Origin: Promethearchaeota archaeon
Lineage (GTDB): Archaea > Asgardarchaeota > Heimdallarchaeia > Hodarchaeales > Hodarchaeaceae
Assembly: GCA_048938105.1 (NCBI GenBank)
Contig: JBHLMN010000020.1
Span: 1 to 64,000, forward strand
Reading direction: 5' to 3'
Length of the DNA: 64,000 nucleotides
Part shown: one piece after another, positions 58,415-64,000 of the stretch
Numbering within the stretch: position 1 is the stretch's first letter
Layout of the letters: each line of letters starts with the position of its first letter
The notes under the pieces: generated by a model
Seen by the model: the letters and a program-made list of their open reading frames with translations, nothing else
Database searches by the model: none
Told to the model about the DNA's origin: nothing
Position numbers and translations under genes: made by a program

Positions 58415-58975
58415 ATGATCATTGGAAAAAATGTGACTTTAAGAGGTCTAGAATTAAGTGATGTTAATGAATTATTGCTATATTATAATAACAAACAGTT
58501 TATGAATTATTTTGGTCGAATAACCATAATGTCACATGAAGAAGGCATAGAATGGATACGTAAAACCTGGGAAGAGAGAAAAAAGGGTGAAGCTTATACA
58601 TTTGGAATAATTACAAATGATAACACAAAATACATTGGTAATGTTCGTCTTAAAATCCTAAATAATGTAAGTAGAAGAGCTGATATAAGCATTGGAATCT
58701 TTAATCCAAAGTATCGAAATAAGGGTTTGGGAACAGAATCATTAGTTCTTCTTATTAATTTTGGTTTTGACACACTTAATTTACTTAGCATGGAATTAAG
58801 AGTTTTTTCAGACAACAACCGAGCTATTGCTGTTTATAAGACGCTAGGTTTTCGCGAAATTGGACTTCGTAGGAAAGCTGACTTTGTCGAAGGTAAATTC
58901 TTAGATGATTTAATGATGGACTTGCTAATAGAAGAATGGCGACCTAAGAGAATCGAAGAAGTATCCAGTAGTTGA
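58415..58975 (+). CDS. GNAT acetyltransferase, RimJ/RimL/SpeG-like
   Basis: V.LR.LE..D, YRNKGLGTE, F..LNL....L.V...N.RA...Y..LGF...G..R. Confidence 0.88.
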   Translation: MIIGKNVTLRGLELSDVNELLLYYNNKQFMNYFGRITIMSHEEGIEWIRKTWEERKKGEAYTFGIITNDNTKYIGNVRLKILNNVSRRADISIGIFNPKYRNKGLGTESLVLLINFGFDTLNLLSMELRVFSDNNRAIAVYKTLGFREIGLRRKADFVEGKFLDDLMMDLLIEEWRPKRIEEVSSS

Positions 58976-58980
58976 TTATT

Positions 58981-60153
58981 TCACTGCTTCTTGATCGCTT
59001 CAGTAATCAATCTTTTTCTTTCGTTTAACAATTCTTTTTTAGTTTCTTCTACTTGTTGATTGAGAGCATTGAATTGATGGTTCACATCACTCAATTTATT
59101 TTCAAGCCACTGATTTGCCCTAGATGCGTCTTGTAATGCTTGACGAACAGATTCTCGTGATCTATGAATTTTATCTCGAGCAGCAAGATCTGAAAAAATA
59201 TTATCCATGAATCCATCCCAAAAAAATGACATTTCTTCAACATAAGCTTTGCTCAATGAAGATCTAATGTCTGGGTATTCGTGAATGGCTCGTTGGATGT
59301 TATTATGTGCATTATGAACACGATTGCGTGCATCGCTCATTCTAGAATGTTTAATGGAATCAGCGATGAGTCCCCCACCTAAGATATCCCAAGTCGAAAA
59401 ACCTGATGCACTTCTAAGTGCTTCTAATGCATAATTTAGATCTGCTATCGCATGCTCTAAATGATTTTTAGCACGAAATATTCGTGAGCGATTATCTGTG
59501 ATCGGTCCTATCTGATTTTCAAGGTTTGTCAATCGTTGTTCTATAGCATCTTCTATGGGATCAACGACCCCATGGCACACATTATGAATTAATTCCTTCA
59601 ATTCCGTTTCGAGTTTGGATTTTGTCTGAAAAAGATCTTCAAGTTGGTAGATTTGCTTTTCTGTCTGTGATATTAGAGATGTCAACTCTTGACATTCCCT
59701 AGCTGCGGCTTCTTCTTTATTGAGTACATTTAGGTATTCTACTTTCTCCTTTTCCAGTTGTTGATCTTTAGTGCCTTTTATTCTAGCCATAAGTGATGTT
59801 GTGCTTAATTTTTCGAGCTTTTCTACATCTTTATACTCTTTCTTTCGTTGTTCTATTAGAGAATCCAACAATGCTTGTGTATTAACCAATGAATTGCTTA
59901 AATTCCTAAGATACGCTCGTTGTTGATCAAGTTCATTTGGAATATTCTTTAAACCTTCGATTCGTTCTTCTAGTCCTTGATACCTTGTAATAGTATCAAC
60001 ATCTAAATCGATTAGCGGCTTTCCAATTGTTTCCTTAGCTTTCTCAACAATTGAGGAAGTCCTTAGATTAAAACCACAATAAGAACAGAAAATATCGCCA
60101 ATATCAACCATTTTCCCGCAATTAAGGCATTCAACCATCTTAAAACCAACCAA
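58981..60153 (-). CDS. Zinc-ribbon plus long coiled-coil protein with central WD..GGG and FFWD.F.D motifs
   Basis: CLNCG...FCSYCG followed by heptad-rich helices; function unknown. Confidence 0.7.
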   Translation of the reverse strand: MVGFKMVECLNCGKMVDIGDIFCSYCGFNLRTSSIVEKAKETIGKPLIDLDVDTITRYQGLEERIEGLKNIPNELDQQRAYLRNLSNSLVNTQALLDSLIEQRKKEYKDVEKLEKLSTTSLMARIKGTKDQQLEKEKVEYLNVLNKEEAAARECQELTSLISQTEKQIYQLEDLFQTKSKLETELKELIHNVCHGVVDPIEDAIEQRLTNLENQIGPITDNRSRIFRAKNHLEHAIADLNYALEALRSASGFSTWDILGGGLIADSIKHSRMSDARNRVHNAHNNIQRAIHEYPDIRSSLSKAYVEEMSFFWDGFMDNIFSDLAARDKIHRSRESVRQALQDASRANQWLENKLSDVNHQFNALNQQVEETKKELLNERKRLITEAIKKQ

Positions 60154-60268
60154 TTTCTATAAAAATCGATTATTTGAATGATAAAAGTTTAGAGTTACCT
60201 ATAATATTTGTTTTTTTTTGATTTTGGTAGGATCAGAAAAAGAATATTGAATTGAGTTAAAAGAAAAG

Positions 60269-60469
60269 GTGGATAAACAAATGGATTTGAGAAATAATTC
60301 CACACGATTAGGCTTAATTTCAATATTCCTGCTAGGATTTATGTTACTTATATTCTCACCTAAAATTTCACTGGCAAATGATGATCCATCTGGCATTAGT
60401 GTTGAATTTGGAGACGTTATTAGTCTTAATTATACTCTTTGGGTAGAAAACATCATGACTGATTTTTAA
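60269..60469 (+). pseudogene. Probable 5' remnant of a secreted FKBP-type peptidyl-prolyl isomerase
   Basis: Signal peptide, then VEFGDVISLNYTLWV (resembling the FKBP/SlyD 'GD.V.V.YTL' first strand), then an abrupt stop. Confidence 0.45.
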
Positions 60470-60532
60470 GAATTACAAAAATATGAATAATATGATTCTA
60501 AAGATTAAAAATGAAACTCCTTAAAAGACTCC

Positions 60533-61291
60533 TTATCCATCTATTATTATTCCAATTGGCGCATGATCCGATCCCATCACATCTTTTAATATAAATGCGG
60601 ATTTTAACAGTTCTCGAAATTCCTTATTTATGATAAAATAATCAATTCGCCACCCAATGTTTCTAGATCTAGCATTGTATCGATAAGTCCACCAAGTATA
60701 TTGTTCGGGAGACTGATTAAATTCTCTAAATGTATCAATATAACCATGTTCCAGTAATTCAGTGAAAAAAGCCCGTTCCTGAGGTGAAAATCCTGCATTA
60801 TTTTGATTTTCTTTAGGATTCGTGAGATCAATCTCTTTATGAGCAACATTAAAATCTCCACAGACAATTAAAGCTTTCTTTTTTCTAAGATTTTCAAGAT
60901 ATTTTAACACTGCTTGATTAAATCGTAATTTAAAATCAATTCGTTTTAACTCCCGTTGAGCATTTGGAAAATACATATTTATTAAGTAGAATCTCTCATA
61001 TTCTAATTGCAGAAATCTACCCTCATCATCAAATTTCTTGTTTCCAAGTTCTTTAGATATTGAAAGTGGTTTCTGTTTAGAAAATGTTGCTACTCCACTA
61101 TACCCTTTCTTTTTTGCTGAACTCCAATAGATATTATATTCAGGAATATCAAAGGAAAAAGAAATTTGATTTGGTTGAGCTTTGGTTTCTTGAATGCATA
61201 GGATATCAGGATTTCTTTGTTTTATCCATTCTATGAATCCTTTGTTGATACAAGCTCTGATTCCATTAACATTCCATGAAAGAAGTTCCAT
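60533..61291 (-). CDS. xth: Exodeoxyribonuclease III / AP endonuclease
   Basis: SWNVNGIRA, C.QETK, GYSGV, EGR, Y.PN, GDFN.AH, YTWW.YR, GWRIDY, SDH.P. Confidence 0.95.
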   Translation of the reverse strand: MELLSWNVNGIRACINKGFIEWIKQRNPDILCIQETKAQPNQISFSFDIPEYNIYWSSAKKKGYSGVATFSKQKPLSISKELGNKKFDDEGRFLQLEYERFYLINMYFPNAQRELKRIDFKLRFNQAVLKYLENLRKKKALIVCGDFNVAHKEIDLTNPKENQNNAGFSPQERAFFTELLEHGYIDTFREFNQSPEQYTWWTYRYNARSRNIGWRIDYFIINKEFRELLKSAFILKDVMGSDHAPIGIIIDG

Positions 61292-61338
61292 ATTTTAATT
61301 TCGTCCCTTATTTATTATTGAGACTTGATTTATTAAAT

Positions 61339-63147
61339 TTAGAGATCTCGATAGAAGTCTTTGAAAAATGAATGAACATATCTATAAATGATTAAAATCA
61401 TAACTAGAAACTCTATCCCGAGAACTACCCAAGCGTGAATGGATGGAAGTATTGGATCAGCAATTAGGAATGAATAGGCTAAGGTGAAGCCAAAAAGCAC
61501 AGCTAAGGGGGCTGCATATAGCAGCAGAATGATGTTTACCCATAAAATGACCCTCTTCAAAGTTTTCGGATTTGCGCCTAAGAGTTGAAGAATTCTTAGG
61601 TCTTTGATAAGTATAACTCTAGCTATCAATCCTGAATAAGCAACTAGAGAAAGTCCTGCAGAGATCATCGCTGGAATAAAGGCCGTTGTCGATATTACCC
61701 AAAAAGAATTACTGAAGGTAAAATATTTTTCTTTGTAGATATCTAAGAAAAAATATGTTAATGAAGATTCTTCAACTAGATTGATCATTTTTTCATCTGG
61801 TTTTTCAATGAATACCACATTCTTAACGGTTTTATCCTGAAGGTCTTTCATTTCAGCCAATTTGGTAGAATCCATATAGACACAATGTCCGCGAGCAAAT
61901 GGATCCATGATCACTCCCTCAATATTGAAACGATTTGTAATGAACTCACCTTTCGGAATGAAAGCTGCTACTATTTCTTGATTTAGATAAGATTGAAGCA
62001 TCCCATCACCTATTTGAGCATTCTTTTCTCTTGGAGGAGTGATATAGGCGCCATAATAGTCAAATATCGAGAATGTGGACTCACTAATTCCCCAATAATA
62101 AGTTTCCATTGTTTTATTTCCCCCTCCAAGTATTGTTCCGTTTGGTAGAGTTTTAATGTCAGTTATCATTCTGATTGTACCTTTTAATAATAGTCTGGCC
62201 TCGAATGTACAATTTTCTGGTAATTTTTCAACAAACGAAGGTGGAATAAAATAGCTAGAATCAATAAATGAAAATTGAAGTTCATTAGAGGGATCATAGA
62301 GTTCACGCAATATTGGTTCTAGCTCAGGTGGGGTAACAACACAAATATTTGTGCCATAACCTCGTTCAATATATGAATTCGTTGTGTTATTGATTATATT
62401 CCCCCCCAGAACTCCGAATGTGGTCAGAAATATAAGCATAAAAGTTCCTCCAATCATTACCCATGATAAAACTTTGGATCTTTTATTGAAGAGATAAGCT
62501 AGTCGAAAACCGATTTTTCCTCGCATTGACATCCCCCAAATCTTGTCTTGATCAACATCTATAACTTCAAACTGACCATCAATTATTTCACTGAATTTCT
62601 TTCTAATGAGTAGGTTGACAATGAATCCAGCAGCAAAATACGTACCAATGATTTGACAGCCAATATAAAGAAAGCCAAAAGATAAATTCAAAGTTTCTAC
62701 AATATTCACTGCTTCAAGTCTTAATATGACTGTTAAAATGGAAAGTCCAACGATACCTCCAATCCATCCTACTAATCCAGCAATGAGCGTCATTATGAAG
62801 ATTTGAGCCAAAGGGATCCTCTGAATTCGTTTGAATGTTCCACCTAATGCAAGTAAAATAGCCAAGTCATCCATTCTAGCTACAGTAAGTAAACTACTTA
62901 AAATGGCAGCGATTATCACACTGGTCACTACTGCAAAAGCCAATAGAAAATTAAGATAACCGTGGAAGATTTGGATGATCGAATTGTTAAAATATGCTTG
63001 CGATTTTCCTATTTGAGCTTGGATAACAACAGCTAGACCATACATAATCATTCCTGAAGCAGTTATGCAAGACTGTACAGTAATGAATAGTAAAGATCTT
63101 TGCTTTTGTCTCCAAATGTCTTTTAGAGCAAGATTAAGACTACCCAT
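61339..63147 (-). CDS. FtsX/MacB-like ABC transporter permease
   Basis: LA.KD..RQK.RS, R..D.AIL.ALG, duplicated permease halves around an extracytoplasmic loop. Confidence 0.8.
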   Translation of the reverse strand: MGSLNLALKDIWRQKQRSLLFITVQSCITASGMIMYGLAVVIQAQIGKSQAYFNNSIIQIFHGYLNFLLAFAVVTSVIIAAILSSLLTVARMDDLAILLALGGTFKRIQRIPLAQIFIMTLIAGLVGWIGGIVGLSILTVILRLEAVNIVETLNLSFGFLYIGCQIIGTYFAAGFIVNLLIRKKFSEIIDGQFEVIDVDQDKIWGMSMRGKIGFRLAYLFNKRSKVLSWVMIGGTFMLIFLTTFGVLGGNIINNTTNSYIERGYGTNICVVTPPELEPILRELYDPSNELQFSFIDSSYFIPPSFVEKLPENCTFEARLLLKGTIRMITDIKTLPNGTILGGGNKTMETYYWGISESTFSIFDYYGAYITPPREKNAQIGDGMLQSYLNQEIVAAFIPKGEFITNRFNIEGVIMDPFARGHCVYMDSTKLAEMKDLQDKTVKNVVFIEKPDEKMINLVEESSLTYFFLDIYKEKYFTFSNSFWVISTTAFIPAMISAGLSLVAYSGLIARVILIKDLRILQLLGANPKTLKRVILWVNIILLLYAAPLAVLFGFTLAYSFLIADPILPSIHAWVVLGIEFLVMILIIYRYVHSFFKDFYRDL

Positions 63148-63153
63148 TTTGCC

Positions 63154-63864
63154 TCAATCCGCTTCATAAGGAACTAATTTTCCATTAATGGGAGTATAAA
63201 TTTTATCCGCTAAAGGAAAAAGTTTTCTTTCGTGCGTAACTACTATGAGGTTTTTTTGTCCTTTTAAGTTGGTTAATTTGTTAATAATGATGTTTGTAGT
63301 CTGTGTATCTTGATTCGAAGTTGGTTCATCAATAAGTAATAAGTCAGGATCCAAGACCAATGCTCGGATAAATGCTGTTCTCTGATACTCCCCTCCCGAT
63401 ATCATAACTGGTAGTGAATTGGCTCTTTCATCGAGTTTAAATTCTTCCAGAAGCTTCCAAGCTCTCTCATTATACTCTCCATCTAAATCTTTTTTTTCTG
63501 CAAGTTCAACTGGTAACATTACATTCTCTAGTACTGTCAATGATTCTATTAAATGACCCGTTTGAAAAACAAAACCAACGTACACAGATCTAAAAAGTGC
63601 TAGCGCTTCTTCTTCCATTGTATTTAAATTATGATTCAAAACTTCGATGTTTCCCTCGTCTACTCGAGTCAATCCCCCAATAACTGATAAAAATGTTGAT
63701 TTTCCTGATCCTGAGGGCCCAGAAATTATTGTAAATTCATTCTCATAACATTGAAAGTCTAATTCATCCAGAATAGTGATCTTTGTTTTGCCAATCGTAA
63801 AGACTTTTGTTACATTAGAAACTTGAATTGCAATCAGGTTTGTATTATTTGAGGTGATAGCCAT
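63154..63864 (-). CDS. ABC ATP-binding protein (LolD/MacB-like)
   Basis: GPSGSGKST, GFVFQ, SGGEYQR, DEPT.N.D, VTH. Confidence 0.92.
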   Translation of the reverse strand: MAITSNNTNLIAIQVSNVTKVFTIGKTKITILDELDFQCYENEFTIISGPSGSGKSTFLSVIGGLTRVDEGNIEVLNHNLNTMEEEALALFRSVYVGFVFQTGHLIESLTVLENVMLPVELAEKKDLDGEYNERAWKLLEEFKLDERANSLPVMISGGEYQRTAFIRALVLDPDLLLIDEPTSNQDTQTTNIIINKLTNLKGQKNLIVVTHERKLFPLADKIYTPINGKLVPYEAD

Positions 63865-64000
63865 TGCAATCTCTCATGAATTAGATTCCTTTTTAAGAAT
63901 ATTTTATTAATTGTGGTACAATTATTCTACTAAATTTAATTTTTTTATTCTAGTACAATCTTTTGACTGCACAATAGAAAAAAATTATAACATTAGGAAT

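Noticed and set aside
1675-60867. Numerous 60-140 aa ORFs antisense to or overlapping confident genes (e.g. 9807-10229, 14405-14725, 27723-28031, 42204-42623)
   Set aside because: These are shadow ORFs of well-supported genes and have no recognisable motifs.
1-64000. rRNA, tRNA, transposase, integrase or prophage genes
   Set aside because: None was recognised; intergenic regions are short and AT-rich, without GC-rich structured RNA-like segments.

Overview
AT-rich, gene-dense archaeal chromosome segment. It is most consistent with an Asgard archaeon (Heimdallarchaeia/Hodarchaeales-like). This is an inference from an Asgard-type TPR protein, a uDENN/longin-like protein, a degenerate Rab/Ras-fold protein, PGF-like C-terminal anchors and oligo-T terminators. 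Most genes serve heterotrophic scavenging: esterases and hydrolases, a Liv-type ABC importer beside an acyl-CoA ligase, a GlcD/CCG-domain dehydrogenase cluster, a TIGR04076-ferredoxin-AOR cluster, a DppA-DDAH-GNAT cluster, and repeat-rich surface proteins. I saw no rRNA, tRNA, CRISPR array or transposase. The most notable items are: (1) a three-gene gamma-glutamyl 'write/erase' operon (divergent GCS2-type carboxylate-amine ligase with a novel C-terminal domain, a gamma-glutamylcyclotransferase and an Ntn/GAT-II hydrolase); (2) a transaldolase with the signature of sulfofructose (sulfoglycolytic) transaldolases; (3) a Rab-like pseudo-GTPase about 1 kb from a uDENN/longin-HEH fusion; (4) a wHTH-CDF-wHTH gene broken at a U_UUU_UUA slippery heptamer; (5) several interrupted genes, a 144-bp duplication and a shared TCACA-N2-TGTGA palindrome. 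All family assignments come from motif recognition by eye; no database searches were run.
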